DNA of 63,160 bases, counting the filler, from Lenisia limosa (lineage: Eukaryota; Protista; Breviatea), in the NCBI GenBank assembly GCA_001655205.1. It is 17 parts of 17 records of this genome, joined end to end, with 100 filler letters (N's around TTAATTAATTAA, not from the genome) between each part and the next. Parts side by side here need not be neighbours in the genome. Positions count along the whole stretch, not along the records: positions 25,888 to 27,211 come from LPNZ01002605.1; positions 27,312 to 29,823 come from LPNZ01009494.1; positions 29,924 to 34,715 come from LPNZ01003761.1; positions 34,816 to 42,668 come from LPNZ01007906.1; 13 more parts are not named here. One strand, given 5' to 3'. Both the position numbers and the translations under genes were made by a program. The notes beneath the pieces were generated by a model, which was not told the origin of the DNA, did not search any database, and saw only the letters and a list, made by a program, of their open reading frames with translations. Every line of letters begins with the position of its first letter. Within the stretch, counting starts at the first letter, position 1. Below, piece by piece: positions 26,344 through 39,400 of the stretch.

Positions 26344-27211
26344 CAGAGTCGGAATTATTCCATGCTTTGGCCTGCTCAAGGGTTGAGAAAGGAGGACGCT
26401 TCCGAAGCGGGGTTGTACGTGACTGTGACGTCACTGAGGTTTTCGAGGAAACAGAGTGGGGAGAAGAGGGCTTTAGCGGGAGCGGGTTTGGCTTTGACGA
26501 CTTTGTGACTGGTTGGCTAGGACGTTCGCAGGAGGCCATTGTGGAGAGTGCCAAGAGGGTCAATAAGGGGGTCGAGATCAGGGACGCCGATGGGGATCTC
26601 TGGGGGGGGGGGNNNNNNNNNNNNNNNNNNNNNNNNNNNNNNNNNNNNNNNNNNNNNNNNNNNNNNNNNNNNNNNTGATAACACACATAACAACAAAACA
26701 AACAAAGTCCAGTCCAGAAATCTATATTTTACTGGTATTTTTCGAACCGAAGTGAAGCCCTACTTCCAACCTTCAAAAGGCTTACACTCGGTTTGTCTTG
26801 TAGAGTCGCCGTGAAGTCTAAGTCGGCTGAATCTGTCATATTTTGATCTTGGTATTACCAAATGAACAGATAGCGCAAGTATCAACCAATAATCTAAGCA
26901 TGAACCAATAATCTAAGCATTAACCTATAATCTAAGCATGAACCATCTAGGCCTTAACCTACAATCTAGGCATGAACCTATAATCTAGGCATTATCTAAG
27001 ACCTCCATTCATATCCAATATTAATGTTACTGTATTAACCATGGAACACCCTCCTTACCAAAAGAGGAAACACCTTTGACATCTGGCGGGCACTTTTCGG
27101 GCATCCGAGGCTCTCTAATCGCCTGATTTGAAGACTGGTGTTCTAAAACCCGAGACCCTTTTGCCGGCTGATTTGACGACTGGAGGACCGGCGGCGGGGT
27201 GACCGTTAGGC
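26344..27211 (-). CDS. Hypothetical Ser/Pro/Thr-rich protein fragment
   Basis: Three phase-compatible GT-AG exons: 27074-27211, 26786-26832 and 26344-26599. Confidence 0.6.
26883..27000. repeat. Minisatellite, ~19 bp unit (AACC(A/T)ATAATCTA(A/G)GCATG)
   Basis: About 6 degenerate tandem units in an intron. Confidence 0.85.
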
Positions 27212-27405
27212 NNNNNNNNNNNNNNNNNNNNNNNNNNNNNNNNNNNNNNNNNNNNTTAATTAATTAANNNNNNNNNNNNNNNNNNNNNNNNNNNNNNNNN
27301 NNNNNNNNNNNTGTTGTTATCAACCCTTGTGTGTTGTCAGTCAACAGAGTTGATTTTGGGCTTTTTTGTTTCATAAATTTTCCAGTTTTACTCACCCCCC
27401 CTTAG

Positions 27406-29790
27406 GATTATACTCTTGTCGAGTACAAAAACGATCTTGAAGAAAAAGTATTCAACCTTGCCCGTGACTATCTAGTCGAATCTCTTAGGTGCGACGCTGT
27501 CCTATGGAATTTTTCATCAATCTACTTTGTCACATACAGTGACCGGGGTAAGTCTTGACCTATTTCACATAGCAAATTGGTCAAGGCTTATGACGGTCAT
27601 GTAGTGATGAATTCTCTTGAATAAGGCTTGAATTTTATCATCTTATTTGAACCGATGTGAAGCTTCAATGATTATTGTCGATATTTTGTTGGTTACACCC
27701 CTCCCAGGTACCCCCGGGAGCTCCTAGATGTCAAGTACGATCCTGATTTTGCCATTCGAGGTTTAGGCTTTGACAGCTCTCGCGGCTTCCTCATGCGTCT
27801 TGATATGGTATCCTGGTGATATACATGTATACCTATGATATCATTTCATATCATATGTATGTACAATGTGTATGTACATACAGTGACCCGGATAAGTCTT
27901 TTATTATTCACATCATCTAGGCTAACAACTTCAACCCGAGGAACATCTTTTTCGGTCTCAGACGAGCCCCTCTTGACCTCATTGAAACGTCCTACAGCAA
28001 CCTGACACATGTNNNNNNNNNNNNNNNNNNNNNNNNNNNNNNNNNNNNNNNNNNNNNNNNNNNNNNNNNNNNNNNNNNNNNNNNNNNNNNNNNNNNNNNN
28101 NNNNNNNNNNNNNNNNNNNNNNNNNNNGATAGATTATTGGGCAAAGGGCTGACTCAATTTGGAGTGACAGGAGTGAATTGGCCCTGTGAATATCAATATT
28201 TTGCTTGTCTTGTGAATATCAATTTTTGCTGGTCTTTTTTTCGAAAGTGAAACCCAACTTCATACATTCATGATGATAAAGATTTTTTTTTGTCAGAAGC
28301 TAGAATGATGATCCTAAATAGCCAAGTCTATACAGTACCCTCATTAAAAGTTGCTGCATCATCCCCCTATTCCCTGTTATTAACCAACTTTTTAGGTTGG
28401 AGAGTATCAAATGTCGTCTTTCTACGATATCTTCGATTTGGTGAGGGGGTACTAGAAGGCTGGGAGTCAGTTTTGAAAGCCGGGAGTTGTTTCATCATTT
28501 TCTATGGATGCGGTGCTGCAGTTTTTAAACTACATTTTTTGGAGTNNNNNNNNNNNNNNNNNNNNNNNNNNNNNNNNNNNNNNNNNNNNNNNNNNNNNNN
28601 NNNNNNNNNNNNNNNNNNNNNNNNNNNNNNNNNNNNNNNNNNNNNNNNNNNNNNNNNNNNNNNNNNNNNNNNNNNNNNNNNNNNNNNNNNNNNNNNNNNN
28701 NNNNNNNNNNNNNNNNNNNNNNNNNNNNNNNNNNNNNNNNNNNNNNNNNNNNNNNNNNNNNNNNNNNNNNNNNNNNNNNNNNNNNNNNNNNNNNNNNNNN
28801 NNNNNNNNNNNNNNNNNNNNNTCTCAACGAGTGGTATCGAGTTCCGCCCAGCGTACGTCTATGAGGATGTTGTGTCCTCGGTTCGCCACATTCATCTCAG
28901 GTGCGGGGGAAGGGGTGTTTGGTTTGTGGGTCCACGTCACTGACTCTTTATTCCCTGTTAACACATTGCACCGTCCCCTCTATTTCCTGTTAACCTCCCA
29001 GTGGAATGCTGCACCGAGCGGTTCTCAATGACCTCAAAAGTTATGTTCAACGTTCGTCAAGCATGCTAGAGTTTATGCTTAGGCTCAAACGAGCCAACAA
29101 GAAGACTTTCTTACTCACTAACTCGTGAGGAGAGGTCACCTTTACGCATTATCCCCCTCATCATCCTCTCACAGTTGTTCTTATATTGTCTTGAAAATTC
29201 ATAATTTGTCGAGTTGATTTGGGCTTTTTTGTTTCATAATTTTTCCAATAACTGGAGTGGTGGATGTGGTGCTGCAGAATCGACTGGTCTGGGCTTTGTT
29301 AATTTTGTTGTTATCAACCCTTGTGTGTTNNNNNNNNNNNNNNNNNNNNNNNNNNNNNNNNNNNNNNNNNNNNNNNNNNNNNNNNNNNNNNNNNNNNNNN
29401 NNNNNNNNNNNNNNNNNNNNNNNNNNNNNNNNNNNNNNNNNNNNNNNGCGATTCCTCTTCCACTCCCTCCTGCCGCACAGTATGGCTGGGCTGGTTGAGT
29501 ACTCAGCGTGTATCCTGGAGAAATTTCCATATTTTACCAGCTTTTAGAAAGTTTTTTTTGGCAATAATGAACATCATTTTGCAAGACTGTTACGGACCAT
29601 ATACATTTGATAACTATTGTCTCTTTCAAGACGGTAAAGAATCCCTAGTCATCACAAGCCTTGGAAAAATGTTTTAATTATTATTTTTTTTGTGTGTGTT
29701 TTTTGTTTTATTATCCCCTTTGGTCGTAACTTTTCAGATATGAAGTCTTGGCGTGATCTCTTCGATGTTATCGTTGTTCAAGCTGGCAAG
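27406..29790 (+). CDS. HAD-superfamily 5'-nucleotidase (NT5DC/NT5C2-like) fragment
   Basis: Exons encode DYTLVEYKNDLEEKVFNLARDYLVESLR, YPRELLDVKYDPDFAIRGLGFDSSRGFLMRLD, YVYEDVVSSVRHIHLSGMLHRAVLNDL...KKTFLLTNS and SWRDLFDVIVVQAGK, all conserved 5_nucleotid family motifs in order. Confidence 0.92.
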
Positions 29791-30543
29791 GTTGGACTGC
29801 AATGAATTCTTATCCCCTCCCCCNNNNNNNNNNNNNNNNNNNNNNNNNNNNNNNNNNNNNNNNNNNNTTAATTAATTAANNNNNNNNNNNNNNNNNNNNN
29901 NNNNNNNNNNNNNNNNNNNNNNNGCATTTGCTGGATCGACTCGGTAGCGTTTTTGTTGAAGGGATGGAGAAGATTGGCAACGTATGAAGCTAAATCCAAT
30001 AAAAAGTTATACCTAGGGCTTCACTTCGGTTCGAAAAAAGATGGTATTTCTCGATAAATCTTCGAAAACTATCAATATTTAAGCCGTCTCTTTCAAACCG
30101 AAGTGAAGCCCTAATTGAGATGCTAAAGAGGGACATATTATAAGAAACCGTTTCAGACAATTCATAAAATATTAATGTCCTGTTTTGTTCAGTAAACACA
30201 ATTAATACCAAACCGCAAACCCGGAGAGGGGACATTGGGAAGGACCACCCATCTATTGCTTTCATCTGAATCCGTTGGAGCAAATTAAATGGTAAGGTGG
30301 TTCAGTCATTTTATTATTTATGCGTAACTGATTATAATGACCCTTCGGGAAAATAAACAATAGCCTTGATTTTCAAGAATCCCAACCCACAAACCCAAAA
30401 ACATCACATTCTTGGTACATTTCGATGATCTAAAATGTAAATTGTTTCACAAAGATGTAAATACTCATGGGTTTAGGTCAAAGGATTTCTGCGTGCCTTC
30501 CCATCATATAAAGTCATCCTATAATTTGCCAAGCAACTCTTAA

Positions 30544-30912
30544 AGCGGGAGTCCAATTAAATTTTTATCACCTAGTTTATACGATTTGGGGCCTGGGGTG
30601 GACAATTGTATATTTTTTGAGTTTAATCGTTTCCGTGAGATTTTTAGCTGAATTCCTTTATAGGGCACAGTGATGTCAATGTTTTACACCACTTTGTGAA
30701 ATCATCATCTAAATTAATGGAATTTAACACTTTCTATGGGTGGTTTCACCAATATGTCAGGAAAAGTTAATACCCAGAAATCGACAAAATATTAATGTTA
30801 TCCAATACTCTTGGAGTTGACTCAGAGAGGAATATTACTTGCAATATTCCACTGAAAAGCGGGCGAAATTCCAAAAAAAACATTGTTTTCGCAATATAAG
30901 TGGACTCCGGCT
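30544..30912. mobile_element. Family E: TTAA-flanked non-autonomous DNA transposon (Kolobok-like termini), copy 1
   Basis: TTAA|AGCGGGAGTCCA...TGGACTCCGGCT|TTAA. The internal sequence aligns with the copy at 54354-54662. Confidence 0.8.
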
Positions 30913-31189
30913 TTAAATAGTCGTTTTCTAATTGTGTGTGTTTTCTTTGCGAGATCAACCGCCGGATCTTTATTTCAACAGAGCCTTTTCTGCAAACAAA
31001 AAACGTAGCTTCGCGTACCTAACTTGAGGGCCATCGTTTCTGGTGATTGAGTCATATGGTTCCAAGAGGTTAACGTGGAAGCACTGTGTGTTTGAGTCAT
31101 CTGAACGTAAATCAAAGCATGACTAAGTCAGTAATTCTTATTCAGTTTAATTCTAACAGTTTATCGCGAACACACATATACGTTCCAAT

Positions 31190-31288
31190 TAGAGCTTCAC
31201 TTCCGTTCGAAAAAGACCGGTAAAGTATCGATGGTTTTCGAGGATTTATCGAGAAATTCAGTCTTTTTTCGCACCGAAGTGAAGCCAA
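31190..31288. mobile_element. Family A: ~100-bp hAT-type MITE (reference copy)
   Basis: TIR TAG(G/A)GCTTCACTTCGGTTCGAA...TTCGAACCGAAGTGAAGCCCTA with a perfect 8-bp TSD GTTCCAAT here. TSDs also at 22242-22320 (ATTGAAAC, 8/8), 2430-2516 (7/8), 44222-44317 (7/8) and 47308-47406 (7/8). Roughly 30 full or partial copies, e.g. 2553-2656, 7958-8045, 11180-11278, 15202-15304, 30013-30113, 34854-34953, 36686-36817, 44101-44200, 52572-52671. Confidence 0.92.
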
Positions 31289-32699
31289 GTTCCAATGTCT
31301 CTATTATTTCTTAAATCACCACTATTCATCAAGAGATTATCGAATTTTTTTGATTGATTTTGGACCTGGCAGTTAAGCATTGTATGATGATTCTCCAATT
31401 ATAATTACAACTACAGAGAAGGTCATGTACCGAATAAACCAACATACTCGTTTGTACGGAAAAAATAGCATATGGCCACTCAATATGGGTCAAAATTTGA
31501 AGAATTTCCAAGGCGTGTCCTTCAGCATCCCGCAATATTTCACTAGACGTGTGAGTTAACTAGTTACCCGATGAGACGAAATATAATGAATCTGTCTGAA
31601 ATATCACTTTTATATGGTATTATTCATTACAGACAATTATAATAATCATCTTACTCAAAAGGACGATAAGTAATATCATTTGGAGTACCACTTAGCTAAA
31701 AACAACAAGCACCCATACAAGGCTTGTTATGCAAGCAGGTAACATCAATCCCATAGTAACGAAGAAAATATCAAGCAGATCAATTGCAAAACTACTGTGG
31801 TGCAAATAGAGTAGGTATGTCCTTAGAAGTAACACATCAACACTTTCACCCAGATCTTGGGTTACAATCAATTTTCCTTTCCTTGACAAAATCATTGACC
31901 CACTTACTTCGACGTAATGAAGGTTGTAACTTGATTTTGAAGGTTTAACTCACGAAGAAGAAAGGCTACAAATGAAAAAATACTTTGGGAATCAAGAAGC
32001 AACGTGAAAATTAGAGCTTCAATGTCAGTTCCAGAAGACTCTTAAAATATCAATATTTATAGAAAATATTTTCAGTCTTCTTGGAAACCGAAAGTAAACC
32101 TCAAGGAACATAAAAAATAAAATTTTATAAGTCTGTACCCCNNNNNNNNNNNNNNNNNNNNNNNNNNNNNNNNNNNNNNNNNNNNNNNNNNNNNNNNNNC
32201 TCAAATAAGTTGATGCTTGTAAAAGCTCTTAAATCAAAATAAAATATGCATCAAAGGTCAATGTACTGAAATTATTTTCTCGCCAACGATCAACCCTCTT
32301 CTCAGGTATGAGTATCTCTACCCATGCTTCTGCATAATTGGAGGATAACAGGTGTATTATTAATAAATTATCACGCGTACTGCCCTCAACACTCATTCAG
32401 CAAATTTACGCTGGAAAATGTTACTCTACCACCCCAGGTAAATATTGTATTTTCTGGGTACCCAACCTCTATCCTGGAGGATATAAGAAGAGGGGGTTAT
32501 ATATAAAAGATATATATTATGTAGATATCGATGTATATAATATATATAAATATAAAGGAACCCTTCTGGGATCGAACCCACCCTCTCCAAATGTAATAAA
32601 AGAACAAACATGGGAAAGGGTCGGATACTTCCAAAAACAAGGTGCCCTTCGTGGAATCGAACCCACTTTATCCAACAAACACACCTTGTTTTCTGAAAT

Positions 32700-33390
32700 T
32701 GACTATTCAAGGCGATCAACTCCAAGGCCATTCCCCTTGTCGCGGACCCCAAGGCGCTCACAACCCTCATCACGGCCTGGCGCGCTGTCGCCTTGGGTGC
32801 CTCGTCTGTCGTTGCCATCAACAGCCTCCTTGAGGACGGGCAGACAGGCACCGCATAGACTAAGGTATGAATGATGCGATCACTTATTCGGTTTCAACTC
32901 TAACCCATCAAGGTGGACGCCACCCCGTCAGTTGACAGGAGCCATCAAACGATGCCATTCTTCGGCTCAACCGCCAAGAAGTCCCAATACGGGGGAATCA
33001 TATCATCCTGATTTACACCCTTTACCTTCTGTTATAACATGTTAGGGAAGCCCCCAGGCAGATCTGCCCCCTTTACAACTCTGACGCTGGCTGCAGCAGG
33101 TCACGTTTGCACTGCTACTCCAAGCTCGGGAAGCAGGGCCGTGTCTGCCCCCAAGCCTGGAGACAGCAAAGTACTGTAGTAATTGTTGTACTGATGCATT
33201 GTGTCTCATTATGTCTTGTATCATCCAACTAATATAGGGCCATGAGGTGAGAATGACCGATCATTGTATGTATCCATCGCGGACTACGATGCTTTTCACA
33301 GAAGTAATGGCCGCCTGAAGCCCAACCCGGATGAAGCTGAACAACTTGGAACCTGCAGCTTGCCCCATCACCGATGTTGATAAAATTTCT
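32700..33390 (-). CDS. Unassigned coding exons (strand and frame uncertain)
   Basis: GC-richer blocks with open frames such as ARQAVMRVVSALGSATRGMALELIALNSQFQK and EILSTSVMGQAAGSKLFSFIRVGLQAAITSVKSI. Plus-strand frames are also partly open. Confidence 0.3.
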
Positions 33391-36300
33391 CTAAAGCACT
33401 GTCATCCAACATAGTTGTTCTCCTGACACTGTAAATTATGGTTAAACGAATATCCACTGGTGGTGACAGCTTGAAATGGTATTCATGGAGTGCACACATG
33501 GGAGGTGAAATAAAAGATACTGTTGAGGACATGTTTGTACAAATTAACATATAAAAAAAAGAAAAAAATGCGAGTAAATGGAGTAATACTATACACAGAG
33601 CACATTCCCACAATAAATGCCCTGAACTCACTTTTGTTAAATCAGCTTACTCCGGACTCGATCCAAGCTAACCCCTCGACTATCTTAAAATACAATAGGG
33701 TTTCAGTAGAAAGGGAACTCTGCTTTCATAACCCAAGTTCAGTTCAGCTCAGCTCAAAAATATACGATATTATTTCAATGCTTCACTCTTAAAGAGGGGA
33801 TCAAGGCATACATTTTGGTAAAATTTCCACAAATTTTAGTCAAAATTGGGACACATTCAGGTTGGTGTTCGCACTCATAAAATTATGTATATATATTCCA
33901 TTAAACAATGAAAGTCGATAAAGTATAATAAAAATGTATGATAAAATGATAGTTGAAAATTATATAACTTTGCTTCCCAATGTTTCTCCACTGCCATCTA
34001 AGATCGGACCAGAATCCGACTAATTACATTTCAAAACTCCGACTTTGGATTCTGATCTGGTCCTATTACCGCGTCTTTGAAATATTTCATCCATAACATC
34101 CCAATTACAGCTTATGTAATATTACTATCAATCAAAAGATTCAAAGTAGGGATACCCAGTGTTATATAGATAGTATCATGTCACATAAATATACAGTTTA
34201 TGAAGACTAAAGTGGGTTTAAGTATTCTATGTTTAATATAGTACTAAAAAATATAATATTCTGTATAATACATGTGTAGTCTATCATAAATATGCCAAAT
34301 TTGCTTCTAATACCCAAAAGTATTTGCTGAAATCCCTAAAACAATTTACTTCATTCCCCTACAGTCAAAAAAAAGCATCAAAAAAGCCTACAATTGCCAG
34401 TTGTCTCTTCGTTTATGCGTATAGTCCCGCAAATCATGAATGGATACGCGAAGGAGCAGTTCCGTCCGTCGCTGTTCAGGCTTGAGTAGATCAACTGCCC
34501 TCGGCGAAAGAGCTGAACAGTATTGTTTTGAACTAAAATGTGTAAAGGATGGTTGATTCCTATCAAGAAAAACATGGTTCACTACATTTATTATGATTTT
34601 CGGAAGAAGGAAGGTTGATCAGAAGGGGGCTTAAGATGTTTTTATCCCGGACTGCCGATACTGAGATACAGGATCAAATACGGCATAATTTTCAGATAAA
34701 TGGTCCTGCATACATNNNNNNNNNNNNNNNNNNNNNNNNNNNNNNNNNNNNNNNNNNNNTTAATTAATTAANNNNNNNNNNNNNNNNNNNNNNNNNNNNN
34801 NNNNNNNNNNNNNNNATGTATGTATATGATATATATACACATGTCATATACTATAGGGTTTCACTTCGATTCGAAAAAATCCAGTAAAATATCAATAGTT
34901 TTCGAGGATTTATCGAGAGTTTCAGTATATTTTCGAACTGAAGTGAAGCCCTAGTCGTGTTGCTATTACAATAACTACTATTTCACACTGCACACAATCA
35001 AAAGTAGGCATCGAAGGGGATAGAGCACGATATGATCTTGGGTCTTTTATGTATTATTACTATACATGATACGTAGACTGTCCACTGACCGCGATAAGTC
35101 CTGTCATATTGAGCTTGGTCTTTTTAGTCAATCATATCAGGACTTTTCGCGGTCAGTGCATATTCAAGTGAAATTCTGATGCCCTTTCTCCACAACTCTT
35201 TTACTCGGCGGTAACTTCGCAGTTGAAATGACGGACATTCCCGATGTTGACGACAATGTGGCTAAACTGGAAAATGCCCTCGCGGCTCTGAGATCGCGGA
35301 ATGCTCCGAGGAGAAAGGTCATTGAAGTGGGTTGGAAAAAGGGGGTGGGGGAGGTCAAAATGGGGCTCATCTAAAAATGGGGGCAGCGTTAGTGGAAAAA
35401 TATAAAGTGATAGCGGTGGTTTTTAATGGAAAAATTACAATTAATAAAAGGTCGATTTTTGCAACTACATACGTTTTTTTAAAAAGCCACCACATTTTTA
35501 GACAAGCTTGGAGTGAGGAGATGGAGGGAGTGATTCTATTAGTAATAAATGGAGGGAGACGATGTCGCCGCCAACTTTAGATCCTCTAATAAAAGATTGG
35601 TGCTTGAAGCTCCTTATCATCCCATATTTTGTCAAACTAAATTGAAAAAAGTCAAGGGCCTCCCTACGGTCTTACTATAAGACAAGTTAATTTTTGACAT
35701 TTATCTCATATTATGTCAAGAAATTCAGTTTTTGTTGAGACCACAAGGAATCTAATCAAATACCTCTCACGTTGTAGAATATGCGACTTTCAATAAGAAG
35801 TCAAAATTCAACCCCCCAGCAAACCCCAATAGCCTCTCGAAGCCATACAATCTCCGCTNNNNNNNNNNNNNNNNNNNNNNNNNNNNNNNNNNNNNNNNNN
35901 NNATAAAGCAATGAGAAATAAAATAAGTATCTGGCCGTAGCCGTCCCCACACACCATCACGCTTGAATTATAGAATAATATTAATTTAATATCAGCTTGT
36001 CACTTCGGTTCGGTTCAATTTTTTTTTTTTTTTCTCTCTGCTCTTGGCTTTTTTAAAATGTTATGGTATCAAATATCATTTGAGATGTATACAATGCTGG
36101 TGGAATCTTGGAAGATTGTCCTTCAGAAATTATTGAGTAAATCAGTCAAGACTTATCATGGTCAGTGCAAATGTATGCTAGATGATGGATTATTATGGCA
36201 TGAAACATTTGTCCAATCGATTACCAATGTCGAAGTTTTTACTGTGCTCTCATGATATTTTAGTGAAACAGCCGTTTCTCCAAAACCAGCACTTTCTTCC

Positions 36301-36473
36301 CCAGTGCAACAGGTTTGATTGGGTATTGGACAACAAAATACCAGATGTAAAAAAATTGAAGCTTTAACCGGTTCGTCTCAATAACTTCTCGATAATTTCA
36401 TTGTTCGATACAATAGAATACTTATGCTTTTTGGGTAAATACATTTGCCTTGATGATTAGGATCAGACAATAG

Positions 36474-39400
36474 TACCTTTTCTCCATGTACTCACCAACC
36501 AAGTCCCCAACACAAACGGGCCAATCTTCGGCCCTTCTCTCACCAGGCCGACCGCCGCAATATCCGTCAAGTGACACGTCATCCACATCGGGTCGGAAAC
36601 AGAAGGTTCCTAAGGTTCAGCCAACTGTGGGTGTGGTGGATCGATCATGTTTGGCTCACGCTTTGCCTCCCCATTTGGTGTATAAAAGAGCTTCACCTTC
36701 GATTTCAAAAAAACTGAATTCGTGATAAATTCTCGATAATTATCGATATTTCACACGATAAAATCAGGAAAAATATCGATATTTTACATGTCTTTTGGAA
36801 CCAAAAGTGAAACCCTACGATAATAGCAGTACTGAGACAAGCACTTACCATATTAGGCAACTGCGACTGACCAAAGCCGCATCCAAGCCGACCTCGCATG
36901 GGAAAACCGCTTTATGGACGAGGAAGAGGAGAGTGATGATGGGCGAAACTCCACCTCTGACTCGACGTGGGTAGCTGGCCAATTGGCTCGGTTGAGCCAG
37001 AGTCCGAATAAAGGGCCGGAGAAGCCGCCGCCGGTCCCGATCCAAGTTGGCCCGTCACCCATTCCGGAATCTCCCCCCGGACAGCCCGATGGCATTTCGC
37101 AAGAAGCCCGGCACGTGGAACGCATCAGTGCCTCAGCCTCAGAAACATCATCAAGGGAGGACCCCGAAATCCAGGGGCTCAAGGAAGATATTGCTAAAAC
37201 CTCGGCCCGAGCGTTGGCGGCGGAAAATGAGCGACTTGCGCTTGAGGCTGATTTGGCCAGGGAAGAACGAGACCTTGCTAACCGACGGTCCAAGTCGAGC
37301 AGTAACATCCACATGGCCTCCTACGATGACACGTCATCAATTGCATCATCACGTGATGTAAGAATCAGAAACAACACCCAAAAAATGTCAGAACTTCAAG
37401 AGGCGAGTCAAGAACTCTCTGAAGCTACACGCAAAGCTGAGCGCGAAAAACGTAAGATTGAGCGTCTGCGCCAACGACGTGCCGCGCTCACTGCGCAGCG
37501 TCAAGAATTGGACCGAAAGGAGGCGGAAGCATTATCGGAAGCTCGTCGGAAGCAAGATGAGCAAAAGGCCCGTCAACGAGCTGAGGAAGCAGCAATTGAA
37601 AGGGAGATTCGGGAGCAGGAGCTAGAAATCCAGCGTACAAAGGCAAGAATCCAAGCCGACCTCGAAAAAAGCCAGCTTACAGACCCCGAGCCTGAACAAA
37701 ACTTCTCTGAACCCCCAGCATACATACCCGTACCCCCTTCAAGCCAGCATTCCAGCTCAAGCCACACTTCCCGTACACCAAATGGTTCCGATGACGTCAG
37801 CAGACTTCAGACTCTCCGAACCCGAAGGATCGCTATGGAGCAAGAACTGCTTAATGCTGTGCAGGAACGCAAACATGAATTGGAAATGAGGGAAATTGAG
37901 CACCAACGCGCTGCAGCTGCGCGTGCTGAGCTTTTAAAAACCCAGAAACTTAGAGCAGCGGAAGTGAAGTCTGAAAGAATCTCGGCTGAAAACGACCGTT
38001 TCAGTATGACCCGCACAGTGCCCCCACCACTCTCGCCTTCCCTCAGTCCAATGAGCCTCGAAAACTCGTCGAAAGCTCTCGAAAAGGCTATTCAGGCTAC
38101 CGAAGCGTTTTTATCGCATGGCTCTAAGCCCACAGTTATTCCAGCACCGCATCCACGACCAACACCGGTGGTCCCCCAGTATCCAACTAATTTATTCCGG
38201 CCCCCGAGCCCGCATAATCCCATCGTCGTTTCAGTCATTCCAATGATCAGGTCGCATTTGGAAGTTTCACCCCTTCTCTTCAGTGCGCGCCAAGAAACTG
38301 ACGCCGCAATCCAGTCAATTCCCACGGTTGACGCGGCTACCAATGGACTAACTTCGGATATTGCCGCACTACATGATCGAATTGATCAGGTTCTGCGCGG
38401 CCTAGCTCGTCCCGATGATCCGACAGCTGCGGCTGCGGTCAGTCAGACTGATGCGTGTATCGAGAGGTTGGGATGTTTTTGTGGGAATTTCATGTTTTGT
38501 GGTTGAAGTGCTATCAATACCATCAAAAGTAATGTGATTTTCTTAGGTGTGCTGAAACCTTGGACCAATTTGAGCCAAAATTTGAGGAGTCTAAGGAGCT
38601 CTTGGAGCTCACACGACTCATAAACGAGGTATTCGGATGGTTTGTTTTTGAAAATGAACTGGTGAGGCACGCAGAAAGCTGTATGCACAGAGTTGTATGG
38701 CAAATGATTGGTGAATTAATATGATATAGATCAGAGATACTATAATTCAATATCTCTAATAACCATGATGGTGTGACGGCTTTGGCGTGATACAACCTTG
38801 TTTTTAATTTCTTATTGCTCTATATTGAAACAACTTTCCTCCTGAGGTTTTTTATTTGCTCCTTTGCTTTTTTTTTAAAAAAAAATATTATCAGATTCAA
38901 CCTATTTCTTTTTTTTTTCATTTCTACATACATATCATATATTCAAAAATCTCACGGCTGAATTGCACTCCTAGGCCTTCAAGGACCAAGAGTATTTTTT
39001 TTCCTGGAAATGAGCAAACACCTGAAAAATGACTTAAAATGTGATACCCAAAACCACACCCAAAGTATATTGCAGTATCTCAGGACTAATATAGTGTCAT
39101 CTAAACAATGAGCTGGCGATGAGGAGGATTGTATTGGAGGTTCTGTTTCAACTAGCGCTCCAATTACTTGTTGTCTGAACATATTATGTAATATGTCTTT
39201 TGCCAAATAGAATTGCCAAATAGAAGTTGCAAACTTCCTGTCAGTTGTAATTCTGGAGCCTGTAAGACAAGTTCATGCGCTGTAAGGGCAAGAGGAAACA
39301 GTAACACACTGTGTTTTCCGGTTGAGATGGTCAACGAGGCCAAATAGGTGGCTCTATTAAAGGAGCTATCTTAACTTTAAGGGGGAAAATAACATGGTTG

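Noticed and set aside
345-38670. Family B beginning at a 5' splice site (GTATGCTGGGG, GTGAGGCACGC)
   Set aside because: Two B copies extend well beyond the GTATG, and at 38661 the in-frame donor is earlier (38629).
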